Virus record (IMG/VR): IMGVR_UViG_3300029258_002750
Location: 186,001-250,000 of that record
Direction: 5' to 3' (one strand)
DNA length: 64,000 nt
Positions 26,256 to 35,795 of this stretch are shown here, in pieces (position 1 is the stretch's first letter; every line of letters begins with the position of its first letter). The position numbers and the translations under genes are program-made. The notes under the pieces are model-generated. The model was not told the DNA's origin and did not search any database. It saw only the letters and a program-made list of their open reading frames with translations.

Positions 26256-27139
26256 ACGTACCGGGTGTTGAAGTATTTGGGCGTGGTAGGGGGCAGTACC
26301 AACTCCCCTGCGGTTACGTGGACGAGCAGGGCAAGGTCCACAAGACCATCGTCCTCCGTGAGATGACCGGCACGGAGGAAGACATCATGGACGATGACGA
26401 GCTGCCTGTTCACGAGCGGACAACCATGCTCCTCTCGGCCTGCTGCGAGAAGATCGGCAACGAGACCGATCCTGAGAAGATCAAGGCGATCATCGGTGAC
26501 GACCTGAAGGCGGGTCTGCCGATCACGTCGTCGGACCGGCTGGCGATGCGGATCTTCCTCCGCCGCTGCTCCTGCGGTGACGTCTACAAGTTCGAGCGGA
26601 CGTGCCCGCGCTGCGGCCACCTGAACAAGAACAAGCAGCTCGACCTGCGGACGATCGAGATGACCGAGGTCCCCGAGGATCGGGTGTCGAAGCGCCGCGT
26701 CGAGGTCGTGCTCCGCCGGTCCGGCCGGAAGGCGATCGTGCGCGTGCTGACGGCCAGCCACGAGGAGAAGCTCACGGGCCTGAGCCTGAACCAGAAGGAT
26801 CTGCGGTCCTACGCGATCCTCGCCAGGCTCGAGCAGCTCGAGGTCGAGACAGAAGTTCCTGGGGCTGACGGTCAGCCACCACAGAAGCAGAAGCAGATGA
26901 TCACGCTCGGCGATCCGAAGCGAGACCTGGATCTGGTGAAGGCGCTCCCGAAGGACGACCGGAACCATCTCCGCGAGGTCTACAACGCGATGGAGGCCGA
27001 CGTGGACACGAGCGTCCAGGTCAGCTGCCAGGGCCGCCTCTGCAACTGCGAGTTCGAGTTCCCGCTCGACCTGGGGCAGGCTTTTTTCTCGAACACGGGA
27101 GCCGAGCCTGTTACGGCCGAGGGGCTGAACTGGTTGTAG
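26240..27139 (+). CDS. Tail/baseplate assembly chaperone (eCIS-type LPCGYVD family, T4 gp26-like position)
   Basis: GTG 26240 after AGGAGG. YQLPCGYVDEQGKVHKTIVLREMTGTEED and CPRCG. Directly upstream of the tape measure. Confidence 0.75.
   Translation: MPGIVDVPGVEVFGRGRGQYQLPCGYVDEQGKVHKTIVLREMTGTEEDIMDDDELPVHERTTMLLSACCEKIGNETDPEKIKAIIGDDLKAGLPITSSDRLAMRIFLRRCSCGDVYKFERTCPRCGHLNKNKQLDLRTIEMTEVPEDRVSKRRVEVVLRRSGRKAIVRVLTASHEEKLTGLSLNQKDLRSYAILARLEQLEVETEVPGADGQPPQKQKQMITLGDPKRDLDLVKALPKDDRNHLREVYNAMEADVDTSVQVSCQGRLCNCEFEFPLDLGQAFFSNTGAEPVTAEGLNWL
27082..27088 (+). other. Candidate -1 programmed frameshift slippery site T TTT TTC
   Basis: In-frame XXXYYYZ heptamer near the end of the chaperone gene. 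The -1 frame is open from here to 27423. Confidence 0.65.
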
Positions 27140-27423
27140 GACCGCGCTTCCATGCGTTCCTACCTCTTGGTTCCCGGGCGAATCTGGAGCACGACATCGT
27201 GTTCCTCATGGAAGCCTACAATCAGCCGTACGACGCCGTGATGAGTATGCCCTCGTCACGAAGGCATCGGTTGGTGAAAATACGAGAGGAGATCGTCCGA
27301 ACGCGGAAGACGGGTGGCGGCGGTGGGACTCAGCGCCAGGTGACATACTCGACTGGTCTGAGCCCTCACGCCTCTCAGCCGGTCGCAGAGAGGCCATCTG
27401 CTGGAGCTGCCTGGGGAGTCTAA
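27082..27423 (+). CDS. -1 frame extension of the tail chaperone (gpGT-like), or small gene from GTG 27199
   Basis: NLEHDIVFLMEAYNQPYDAVMSMPSSRRHRLVK resembles the small pre-tape-measure chaperone part. The motif begins upstream of the only start codon. Confidence 0.6.
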   Translation, partial: FFLEHGSRACYGRGAELVVGPRFHAFLPLGSRANLEHDIVFLMEAYNQPYDAVMSMPSSRRHRLVKIREEIVRTRKTGGGGGTQRQVTYSTGLSPHASQPVAERPSAGAAWGV

Positions 27424-30400
27424 GTGGAACTCTATAACCTCGGAATCGGCCTCACAGTTGTCGATCACGCGACGAAGCCGATCAAATCGGTTGACGCGGC
27501 GCTGGTGTCGTTGGCCTCGTCGACCGAGGCGGCGACGAAGGCGGCTGGGGGACTCGACCACGCGTTAGTCGGCGGGTCCGTCGCTCCGGCGATGGACGAG
27601 GCGGCCGAGGGTGGCGAGGATCTGACCATCAAGATCACCGAGACAGGGCTGGCCTTCAACAGGTTTACCGCGTCGGCCGGTCTCCTCAGCAAGGCGCTGG
27701 GCCTGGTTGGTACCGACCTTCAGGGGTTGCCCCGGTGGATGAGCCAGGTCCGGGATGAGCAGGGCCGGTTCACCTCGGTGACGTGGGAGAACATGGACGC
27801 GCTCGAGCGCGTTGCGCTCGGGGCCGGGAAGACGGTCGGCTCATTCAGGGAGCTTCTCAGTACGGCCACGAAGGTCCATCCCGCGTTCTCCGCACTCGCC
27901 CGGGAGCTGAAGGAGAGCGGCCAGGCGATCTCTGGTTTCGTGCAGGACGTCGAGAACCTGGAATTCCTCGGCCGGGAACGGGACACGTTCCTCGAACTGG
28001 AGGACTCGTCACGGAAGATGGCGGCAGGATTCGGCGAGGGGCGCGAGGCCGCGTTCGAGCTTCGCAGCGACATGCTTCAGCTGGTCGGTACGACACAGTT
28101 CAGCATTGGCGAAGTCACCCGGATGACCCAGGGCTTGGCGGCGGCCGGTGTCTCTCTCACCGAGCTGTCCGAGGACCAGCAGCAGGCGTTCATCGCGCTC
28201 AACGACCTATATGGTGTGTCTGGTCAGGAGATCGCGAAGGCCGATTCCGCTATGCGGACGTTCGGTGGCTCGATGGTCGGGGCGCTGGACGATGCCACCA
28301 AGTTCCAGTCGGCGTTCCGAATGCCGGGGATGATGGAGCAGCTCCCGGGCGTGATCGAGGGCGCAATGGACGCCACAGTCTCGTTCGGCAAGGCCGTGGT
28401 CGGCTCCGGCGCTGGGATCGTGAAGAGCGTCTCCCAGACGGCCGGTGTCTACGCCAAGGCGTTCGGCAAGACGATGGCCGAGGCTGTCCAGGCCGCCCAG
28501 CGCACGTTCGAGCGCTTCGCCAGGGCGTCGCAGACGCAGCGGCGCGTGTTCCTCGGTCTCAGCGACAGCTTCGACCCGCTCCAGATGGCAATGATGGAGA
28601 CCGGGATCTCGCTCGACCAGAGCGGCGCACTGATGCGTCAGGCGCAGACGGACACGCTCGGGTTCGTCACATCCCTGCGCGGTCACATCGACTCGATCCC
28701 GTCCCAGTTCCTCCGTGACAGGTTCATGGAGCAGCTCCGTGACGAGCTGCCCGCAGAACTCATGCGAGCGATCGAGCACACCGAGGACTACAACGCGATG
28801 GTGCGCGAGCAGGAGGAAGCCGAACGGCGTCGCGCGCTCGGGACTGCTGCCGGAGTCCAGTCGTTCGACGAGCTGACGTCTGGAATGCTCGACACGACGA
28901 AGGAACTACAGAAGATGTGGTTCAACGTCAAGCAGCTCGGCATCGCGTTCCTCACGCAGACCGGACTGATCGACGTGCTGAAGGACGCCTTCGGTGGGGC
29001 GAAGGACACGCTCGCCAGTCTCAGCTTGACGATCAAGGACTTCATCGAGAGCGAGCGGATGCGCGAGTGGGGTCAGGCCCTTGCGCCGATCCTGGGTACT
29101 GTCGGCAAAGGCGTCCTGCTCCTGGGGACAGCGTTCGGCACGCTGCTGGGCGTGGCTGGTGGTGCTACGGGGGCCATCGGCAAGCTGAATGCGATCGGCA
29201 AGTTGTTCGGCCGGTTCCCCAAGCTCGCCGGGGCGTTGCGAGCGATTGGCCCCAGGCTCCTCAAGATCCTGGGACCGATCGGGCTGATCGTCTCCGGGAT
29301 CGACGCGGTGATGGACGGGATGGATCGCATGAGCAAGGTGCTCTCCGATCCCGAGGCGTCCGGGCTGGACATCTTCCAAGGCGCTGTGGAGACGGCCATC
29401 GTCACTCTCGGTACCTTCCTCGACAACATCCTGCTTGGCATCCCCAGCTGGCTTGCTGAGAAGTTCTTCCCGGAGCTAGGCGACATCTGGGAGCACGGCC
29501 TGAGCGACATCATTGGGGGGATCGGACTCAGCTTCAAGGTCTCGTTCTTCGAGATCAAGAGCCTCGGCATCACCGTGGGCAAGTTCCTGCTCGAGCACAT
29601 GGGCGGCATGTGGGTGTCGGTCGCGCAGATCGCTCTCAGCTCGTTCGAGAAGATCTCCAACGCGATCGTGGCGATCAAAGGTGTCGGACAGTTCGTTGTC
29701 GATGCCTTCAGTGGAAGCTGGGAGAAGGGCTGGGCGGCGATCAAGGTGGCCGGGCTCACTGCCGCGAAGGCCATCTCCGACATGCTGCTGGGAGAAAACG
29801 GCATCCTTAGCGGAGCGCTCACCGCTGTTGAGAAGCTATTGGACTACGCATACAACTACGGACCACGCGGGGCGTCGGACATGGCGCTGGAGGCGCTTAC
29901 CGCTATCCGTGGCGTGCGGTCCAGTGCCGTAGGCTTCGGTAGGGACATGGCCGCGTCCCTGACGGCCGCCGCCGACGAGCAAGCCAGAATATCCGGGCTG
30001 GGCGCCGACTGGGAGACCACGCAGCAGCGAATTGCGGCCGAGCAGAAGGCCGTGACGTCGGGTGTGGCCGGTATGAAGGAGGGTCTAGACGACGCCCACC
30101 AGTCGGCGCTGAAGTTCATGGACGACCAGAAGGTCATCGCCGAAACGGAAGTGGCCAATTCGCGCGCCGAGTTGGAGCTGAACAGGCGGAAGCGCAAGGA
30201 GAACAACGAGAACTTCGGCGAGGCCGCCGAGTTCCGCCGCCGGGCGAAGAGCCACACGGAGCAGGCTCTCCGAGAGCTGGCCGAGAAGGGTACCGCTCTC
30301 AGCGCGTCCGGTATGCGCGAGGCCGAGCGCCGCCTCAGGTCGCACATGGAGAAGTCCCTGAGCGACATCGCATCGTCGGTCGCCAAGGGCGAGATCGAGC

Positions 30401-30669
30401 TGGACGAGGGGATCACGAGATTTGCCGAGGCCAAGCGCCGTGGCCTGGAAGCTGCCATGAAGGGCAAGGCCCCGGGCGAGGTCGCGGATAGCGCGGGCAA
30501 GGGCGCGGGCGCGGGCGGCATCCCAGCTGAGGCGTGGGCCGCGCTGGTTAGGAAGCTCGAGGGGCGCGGCGGCGGCGATCAGAAGGTGCGCGTCGTGTTC
30601 CGGGGCGTCGGCAACGGCATCGATGAGCACATGGCTCGGAAGGCGTCTGTTGAGGAGGCGCAGATGTAA
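27424..30669 (+). CDS. Tape measure protein
   Basis: 1081 aa, helical A/G/L-rich with a hydrophobic middle. LGIGLTVVDHATKPIK N-terminus. Follows the chaperone genes. Confidence 0.85.
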   Translation: MELYNLGIGLTVVDHATKPIKSVDAALVSLASSTEAATKAAGGLDHALVGGSVAPAMDEAAEGGEDLTIKITETGLAFNRFTASAGLLSKALGLVGTDLQGLPRWMSQVRDEQGRFTSVTWENMDALERVALGAGKTVGSFRELLSTATKVHPAFSALARELKESGQAISGFVQDVENLEFLGRERDTFLELEDSSRKMAAGFGEGREAAFELRSDMLQLVGTTQFSIGEVTRMTQGLAAAGVSLTELSEDQQQAFIALNDLYGVSGQEIAKADSAMRTFGGSMVGALDDATKFQSAFRMPGMMEQLPGVIEGAMDATVSFGKAVVGSGAGIVKSVSQTAGVYAKAFGKTMAEAVQAAQRTFERFARASQTQRRVFLGLSDSFDPLQMAMMETGISLDQSGALMRQAQTDTLGFVTSLRGHIDSIPSQFLRDRFMEQLRDELPAELMRAIEHTEDYNAMVREQEEAERRRALGTAAGVQSFDELTSGMLDTTKELQKMWFNVKQLGIAFLTQTGLIDVLKDAFGGAKDTLASLSLTIKDFIESERMREWGQALAPILGTVGKGVLLLGTAFGTLLGVAGGATGAIGKLNAIGKLFGRFPKLAGALRAIGPRLLKILGPIGLIVSGIDAVMDGMDRMSKVLSDPEASGLDIFQGAVETAIVTLGTFLDNILLGIPSWLAEKFFPELGDIWEHGLSDIIGGIGLSFKVSFFEIKSLGITVGKFLLEHMGGMWVSVAQIALSSFEKISNAIVAIKGVGQFVVDAFSGSWEKGWAAIKVAGLTAAKAISDMLLGENGILSGALTAVEKLLDYAYNYGPRGASDMALEALTAIRGVRSSAVGFGRDMAASLTAAADEQARISGLGADWETTQQRIAAEQKAVTSGVAGMKEGLDDAHQSALKFMDDQKVIAETEVANSRAELELNRRKRKENNENFGEAAEFRRRAKSHTEQALRELAEKGTALSASGMREAERRLRSHMEKSLSDIASSVAKGEIELDEGITRFAEAKRRGLEAAMKGKAPGEVADSAGKGAGAGGIPAEAWAALVRKLEGRGGGDQKVRVVFRGVGNGIDEHMARKASVEEAQM

Positions 30670-30977
30670 TGGCGAGTCCGATCAGACGAAACCCAAAGGG
30701 TCCGCTGCGTTTTTCGACGCTCGTCAAGTACGAGGAGGTGATCTGGTGGGACAAGACGCGCCCACCGGCCCTCAACCCTCACTCGGACGACCACGAGTAC
30801 GTCGTCCACTACCTCGACCGCCCAGACAGCCTGGCTGACGAGGAGCTGGGCGACGACGCGACCGGCCACCTCATCATGCTCCGCAACGACATGCGGCTCT
30901 GGCCGAACGACTTCCTTCCCGGCCTCCGTATCCAGGTTCCGACCAGGCTCAGTCTCAGTGAGAGGGGCTTCCTCTAG
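30669..30977 (+). CDS. LysM-like baseplate protein (gp53/tail X-like)
   Basis: YVVHYLDRPDSLADEELGD...IMLRND...PGLRIQVP, directly after the tape measure. Confidence 0.7.
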   Translation: MASPIRRNPKGPLRFSTLVKYEEVIWWDKTRPPALNPHSDDHEYVVHYLDRPDSLADEELGDDATGHLIMLRNDMRLWPNDFLPGLRIQVPTRLSLSERGFL

Positions 30978-32497
30978 TGGGCGACGGGCGCTACAACCCG
31001 CTTTCCGGCGCCGAAGGTACAGGTGACTTCTTCGCGCCGTTCTTCACGTTGAAGTTCCTCACCGTGGAGCAGCTCGAGGGGAACGTCAACGTCGATGGCG
31101 AGCAGGTTGGCAACAACGAGCGTCAGCCCATTGAGGAGTCCAAGGGCCAGACGAGCAGCGGTGACATCACGCTCGAGTTCGACTACAGCAGTTGGCTGCG
31201 GAGCTTTTCCCCATCGATCGAGATCAGGCTCGAGGGCGGCGGCTTCGCCGAGGCGACGGTGACGCTCGAGCCGCCGTTCGCCGACGCGGTCAAGATCGTC
31301 GATGACCGCGCGATCCAGAGGAACGGCGTCATGGTGATCGAGTGGGGCTGGCTGCCGAGCACGCCCACCGCGAAGAAGCTCACCAGCGACAAGCACATCT
31401 TCATGATCACGAAGCCGGGTCTCGATATGTCGGGCACCGACATTCGGGTGACAATCCACGGCACGGACCTCCTCAGCGGCAGCGGAATTGCCAGGCAGGC
31501 GAAGACAAGCTACGCGAGGAACTCGGGAGCTGCTGCTAGGGCTGAGGAGAACGGGACGTTCGCTACCGATCTAGCCGTTCTCGAACACCTCGCCAGGAAG
31601 ACCAACCTGGAGCTGGATGTATCGCAGGTCGGCGCTGACTCGCCGCTCCGCCAACAGAGGCCGCTCAACAAGGAGGAGCCGGAGGTACTCGAGCAGAACT
31701 CTAGTGACTGGCTCTTCTTCAAGGAGCTGTGCGATACGAACCGCTGCTCGTTCTTCGTGCTCGGTGACAAGGTGATCGTGGGCGACATGAACACGATCAA
31801 GAAGGTGGACGCGTCCTACAACCTGCTGTTCATGCAGGCGCCCGAGAACGACCGCGACATCCCGATGGAGGCGTTCTCGACGAGGGCGCTGGAGACCTTG
31901 TTCTCGACTCCGGCCGGTCGAGGCATGACGCACTCGTACGCCGACCCGGATACGGGAGAGGTCACTACACTGGTGCTCGATCCACTAGACATGGCGGACG
32001 AGGAGCACACCGGCCAGCTGAATGCGGCCGGTGCGAGGAACGCAGATGGAACCACCTACCAGGTAGATCAGCAGGGGACAGCGGTTACCCCGAATCCGGC
32101 CATGACGGGGAACACGGTCGGTACGCACAAATCAAACTCTAATGCTATCCCGAACCGCGATGAGCACGCCAAAAAGCCTGTCCGGGACGGGAACACCTGG
32201 ATGAACACGGAGGCAACGGCCACGGTCCTCGGTCACCCGGATCTGGTGCCGATGATGATCGTGCGCGTGCTGTGCGGTAGCGAGACGTTCAGCGGTGCCT
32301 ACCGGATCATCGAGGTGACGCACCGGATCGGGATGGACGGCTACTCCACTGATCTGAAGCTGAAACGAGAGTCCTCGAGCGGTGACAAGAACACCGGAAC
32401 AGGGAAGGTTCCGATCACGGGCGGGCAGGATCCTCCCACGAGGGAGGGCGGGGGCGAGGCTGTAGACCCGGAGCCGCAGGAAAGGGTCGACAGCTGA
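30977..32497 (+). CDS. Baseplate hub protein (gp27/gpD-like)
   Basis: Position before the spike. QNSSDWLFFKEL and ATVLGHPDLVPMMIVRV...FSGAYRIIEVTHRIGMDGYST hub-type motifs. Confidence 0.7.
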   Translation: MGDGRYNPLSGAEGTGDFFAPFFTLKFLTVEQLEGNVNVDGEQVGNNERQPIEESKGQTSSGDITLEFDYSSWLRSFSPSIEIRLEGGGFAEATVTLEPPFADAVKIVDDRAIQRNGVMVIEWGWLPSTPTAKKLTSDKHIFMITKPGLDMSGTDIRVTIHGTDLLSGSGIARQAKTSYARNSGAAARAEENGTFATDLAVLEHLARKTNLELDVSQVGADSPLRQQRPLNKEEPEVLEQNSSDWLFFKELCDTNRCSFFVLGDKVIVGDMNTIKKVDASYNLLFMQAPENDRDIPMEAFSTRALETLFSTPAGRGMTHSYADPDTGEVTTLVLDPLDMADEEHTGQLNAAGARNADGTTYQVDQQGTAVTPNPAMTGNTVGTHKSNSNAIPNRDEHAKKPVRDGNTWMNTEATATVLGHPDLVPMMIVRVLCGSETFSGAYRIIEVTHRIGMDGYSTDLKLKRESSSGDKNTGTGKVPITGGQDPPTREGGGEAVDPEPQERVDS

Positions 32498-33789
32498 TGA
32501 GTCCCTTCTTCCGATTCGTGAAGAACATCCGAGATCGCGGCCTGGAGTACGTCACAGGCAGGCACTACTCGAAGTATCAGGGGACCGTCGTCGACAACGA
32601 GGATCCGCAGGGCCAGGGCCGAGTCAGGGTCAGCTGCGAGTCGGTGACCGGCCGCAAGGGTGAGCTGAGTATCTGGGCCTACCCCAGCTCGGACTTCGCT
32701 GGGCCGGACAAGGGTATCTTCTTCCCCCCGAACAAGGACGACAAGGTCTGGGTCTGGTTCGACTACGGCGACCTCCGTGTGCCGAGGTTCTCCGGGTCCT
32801 GGTGGGGGAACAGGGACCAGGACAAGGGCGCGAACGGCGCCCAGGTGCCGAAGGAGTTCGCGACCGAGGGCGGCGAGCCCACGAAGCGCGGTATCAAGAC
32901 GAAGGCGGGTCTCGGACTCCTGTTCGAGGACAAGGCTGGCGAGCAGAAGGTCCAGGTCTGGACCGGCGCCCAGGGAGAGGCGGGAACCGAGGCCGAGAAG
33001 CACCACCAGATGACCCTCTCCGACAAGAGCGGGGAGGAGCAGATCGTTATCGCGTCGTTCGGGGGGCGTCAGTCCAGTTGGATCGACATCTCCGGCCAGG
33101 AGGCGATCGAGCACAGGTCCGCGAACGACCACTTCATCAAGATCAGCGACGCCCAGGACAACATCGTCCTCCAGCTCGCGAACGGGAACACGATCAAGAT
33201 CGAGACGAACCCCAGCAAGATCACCGTGCAGACGACCGGCCAGCAGAAGGCCGAGTTCTTCGACTCGCCTGCCTCGATCAACGTGCAGGACGCGAACGGG
33301 AACATCGTCAACATGGGTCCGACCGGCGTGAACGTCAATGCAGCCGCGCTGGTGAACGTGGTGGCCGGAACGACCGCGAACGTCACGGCTGGCGGGGCTG
33401 CGACCGTGACGGCCGCCGGTCTCCTGACGCTCGCCGGTAACGGTCTGACGATGCAGAGCACGGGGTCAGCGCCGACCCAGATCACAGGCGGCGGGGTCGC
33501 GAATGAGACGTTCGCCGGGGCCAAGACGTCGCAGGATGGGGGCTCGATCCACACGTCCACAGGCCCGTGGCGGGTGACTGGCGCAGGGGTCGAGCTGATC
33601 TCGGCCCTCGGGTCCTCGACCTGCTTCGTGGGCGCGAACGGGGTCAAGTACCGGCTCGTCGATGAGCGGTTCTTGGTCTGGGCCGAGAACCACACGCATC
33701 TGCTCGGCTTCAGCGGTGCGCCGACTGGCAAGCCGATCCAGCCGGTCATACCGAACCTCATGGCTACCGACGCGCTGAGGGGGAACTGA
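32497..33789 (+). CDS. Baseplate spike (gp5/VgrG OB-fold + beta-helix)
   Basis: YQGTVVDNEDPQGQGRVRV...WAYP...GIFFPPNKDDKVWVWFDYGDLRVPRFSGSW. Beta-strand repeats and terminal NHTH. Confidence 0.88.
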   Translation: MSPFFRFVKNIRDRGLEYVTGRHYSKYQGTVVDNEDPQGQGRVRVSCESVTGRKGELSIWAYPSSDFAGPDKGIFFPPNKDDKVWVWFDYGDLRVPRFSGSWWGNRDQDKGANGAQVPKEFATEGGEPTKRGIKTKAGLGLLFEDKAGEQKVQVWTGAQGEAGTEAEKHHQMTLSDKSGEEQIVIASFGGRQSSWIDISGQEAIEHRSANDHFIKISDAQDNIVLQLANGNTIKIETNPSKITVQTTGQQKAEFFDSPASINVQDANGNIVNMGPTGVNVNAAALVNVVAGTTANVTAGGAATVTAAGLLTLAGNGLTMQSTGSAPTQITGGGVANETFAGAKTSQDGGSIHTSTGPWRVTGAGVELISALGSSTCFVGANGVKYRLVDERFLVWAENHTHLLGFSGAPTGKPIQPVIPNLMATDALRGN

Positions 33790-34169
33790 TGGCCACGATC
33801 AAAGGGCTCTACGGGCCAATCAGGTTCACCTCCCGAGGCTACCCGGAGGCGGCCACAGACATCGACCTCCTGGGAGTGTCGATCAACACGATCCTCAAGA
33901 CCGGGATCGGTGAGCGTGTTCGTCGGCCGTTGTTCGGCTCCGGGCTCAAGCGACTCCTGTTCTCCAACGTGTCTCGGGCCACGGCTCTCCGGGCGAAGGT
34001 CGAGGCGCGGCGGGCGATCGAGCAGTGGGAGCCCCGTGTTGTGGTGGACGAGATTCTCGTTAGGACCGAGGAGAGTAGAATCGTGCTCGAAGTCATCTGG
34101 CGCCAGCGTGGGTCGATCGGCGACGCTCGACGGACGCAGGTTCCATTTGACGCGGCGGGGGCGCGCTGA
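33789..34169 (+). CDS. Baseplate wedge protein (gp25-like)
   Basis: SINTILKTGIGERVRRPLFGSGLKRLLF...IEQWEPRVVVDEI. Confidence 0.9.
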   Translation: MATIKGLYGPIRFTSRGYPEAATDIDLLGVSINTILKTGIGERVRRPLFGSGLKRLLFSNVSRATALRAKVEARRAIEQWEPRVVVDEILVRTEESRIVLEVIWRQRGSIGDARRTQVPFDAAGAR

Positions 34170-35785
34170 TGAGCAACGGCATTTCGCTGAGTACGACCGC
34201 ACGGGATCTCGTCAGATCGGGTTTATTTGGCAAGGACTTCGAGACCAACCGAGACGAGATCATCTCGTTCCTCCAGCTCCGCTTCGGCCCCGAAGTTTCC
34301 TCCAACATCGTCGCGTCCGAGAAGGGCATCGAGCTGATCGAGATGTTCGCCTTCGGACTCTCGACGATGAACTGGTACGGGGACCGGCAGGCGGACGACA
34401 CCAACCTGCGCGACGTGCGTCTGCGAGCTGCGGCCGTCACAATCGCCCGCCAGCTGGGCTACAAGCCTGCGGCGGCCGTTCCACCTGCCGTGCGGATCAC
34501 GATGACGTTAGCTGCCCCAGCCCCGAGCCGGTTTACGATCGAGAAGGGACGTAAGCTCCAGGGGCCGAGCGGCTTGATCTTCGAGGTCGTGGACGAGACC
34601 ATCTTCGATGTCGGGGAGTCGGGTCCCAAGGAGTTCGACGCCAGGCAGGGCGAGTCGCTCGAGTCGGTCTTCGTCTCCACCGGCGAGCCCGCCCAGATCT
34701 TCCAGATCACCAACGTCCCGGATGGGTTCTCGATCGCTCAGGACAGCCCGCAGCTCTTCGTGTCGGCTGTCGAGTGGGACGAGAACCGCTTCATGGAGTT
34801 CGAGCAGACCAACCAGTTCGAGTTCCAGTACGGCTTCTCGCCGCCCCGCGCGGTGATGGGCGATGGTGTGGCCGGAAACATTCCACTGAAGGACGCCGAG
34901 CTGCGCTTCAAGTTCTTTGTGACGAGCGGTACCGGCGGTTCCGTGGCCGCGAACACGGTGACGGCCTTCATGGAGCCGGTCGTGGCCGGTACGACCCTGA
35001 TCGAGCCGATCCTGGTCCACGACGAGCCCTCCACGCCCGGGTCTGACCGGGAGACGATCGACGCGATCAAGGTGAACGCGCCCCTGGTCTTCCAGACGGC
35101 CCAGCGAGCCGTCACCCAGGTGGACCTGGACGGATGGATCAACTCCTTCTCCGACCCGACGTGGGGCAGCGTGGCGATCGGCCGCGCGACCACACCCAGG
35201 AGTGTCGAGCAGGACGCCGAGGCCCTCACGATCCTCGAGGAGATGGCGAATGCGGGGGTCCCACAGGACACAATCGACCGGCTCTACAACTACTGGAACC
35301 GGGTCCTGGCGTCGAACGGGCAGGCGGAGATCATCCTGGCCCAGATCCTCGCGGAGGACGACGTTGGGCGCTACGTGACTGCTCCGGTCGGGCTGGCCCA
35401 GGCGCTAGAAGTCTTCCTCGACGAGAAGGCGGTCAGCACGGCGAAGGTCCACGTCACCGACGGGTCGGTCAACCTCCTCTCGGTCGATCTGACGGTCTCG
35501 ATCACGACGACCGAAGACTACAGCAGCCAGGAGCAGAAGGAGACCGTGCTTGCCGAGGTACGGTCACAGCTAGAGGACGAGCTTCTGGGCAGGGCCTACG
35601 GGGAGTCGATTCGCATCAGCGACATCTACCAGCTGATCAACGGCATCACCGGGGTGAGCTGGAGCCATGCTGCTATCACCGGCGATACCGAGTCGCTCGG
35701 CCGCGTCAACGGCTTCGGCGATCTGGAGATCGAGGACTTCGAGGTGATCACGATGGGCGCGATCCCAGCGGTCACGGTGCAGTAG
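34169..35785 (+). CDS. Baseplate wedge subunit (gp6/baseplate J-like)
   Basis: DFETNRDEII...LIEMFA...ARQLGYKP, GDGVAGNIP, GSDRETIDAIKVNAP...RAVTQVD. Confidence 0.88.
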   Translation: MSNGISLSTTARDLVRSGLFGKDFETNRDEIISFLQLRFGPEVSSNIVASEKGIELIEMFAFGLSTMNWYGDRQADDTNLRDVRLRAAAVTIARQLGYKPAAAVPPAVRITMTLAAPAPSRFTIEKGRKLQGPSGLIFEVVDETIFDVGESGPKEFDARQGESLESVFVSTGEPAQIFQITNVPDGFSIAQDSPQLFVSAVEWDENRFMEFEQTNQFEFQYGFSPPRAVMGDGVAGNIPLKDAELRFKFFVTSGTGGSVAANTVTAFMEPVVAGTTLIEPILVHDEPSTPGSDRETIDAIKVNAPLVFQTAQRAVTQVDLDGWINSFSDPTWGSVAIGRATTPRSVEQDAEALTILEEMANAGVPQDTIDRLYNYWNRVLASNGQAEIILAQILAEDDVGRYVTAPVGLAQALEVFLDEKAVSTAKVHVTDGSVNLLSVDLTVSITTTEDYSSQEQKETVLAEVRSQLEDELLGRAYGESIRISDIYQLINGITGVSWSHAAITGDTESLGRVNGFGDLEIEDFEVITMGAIPAVTVQ

Positions 35786-35795
35786 GAGAATCGAG

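Larger units (their letters stand above)
24890..26294 (+). mobile_element. Putative homing/nuclease cassette inserted in the 5' end of the tail chaperone gene
   Basis: Bounded by GGGC at 24886-24889 and 26291-26294. Carries a 111-aa ORF, an HTH-PD-(D/E)xK-HTH nuclease and a recoded replacement 5' end. Confidence 0.7.
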
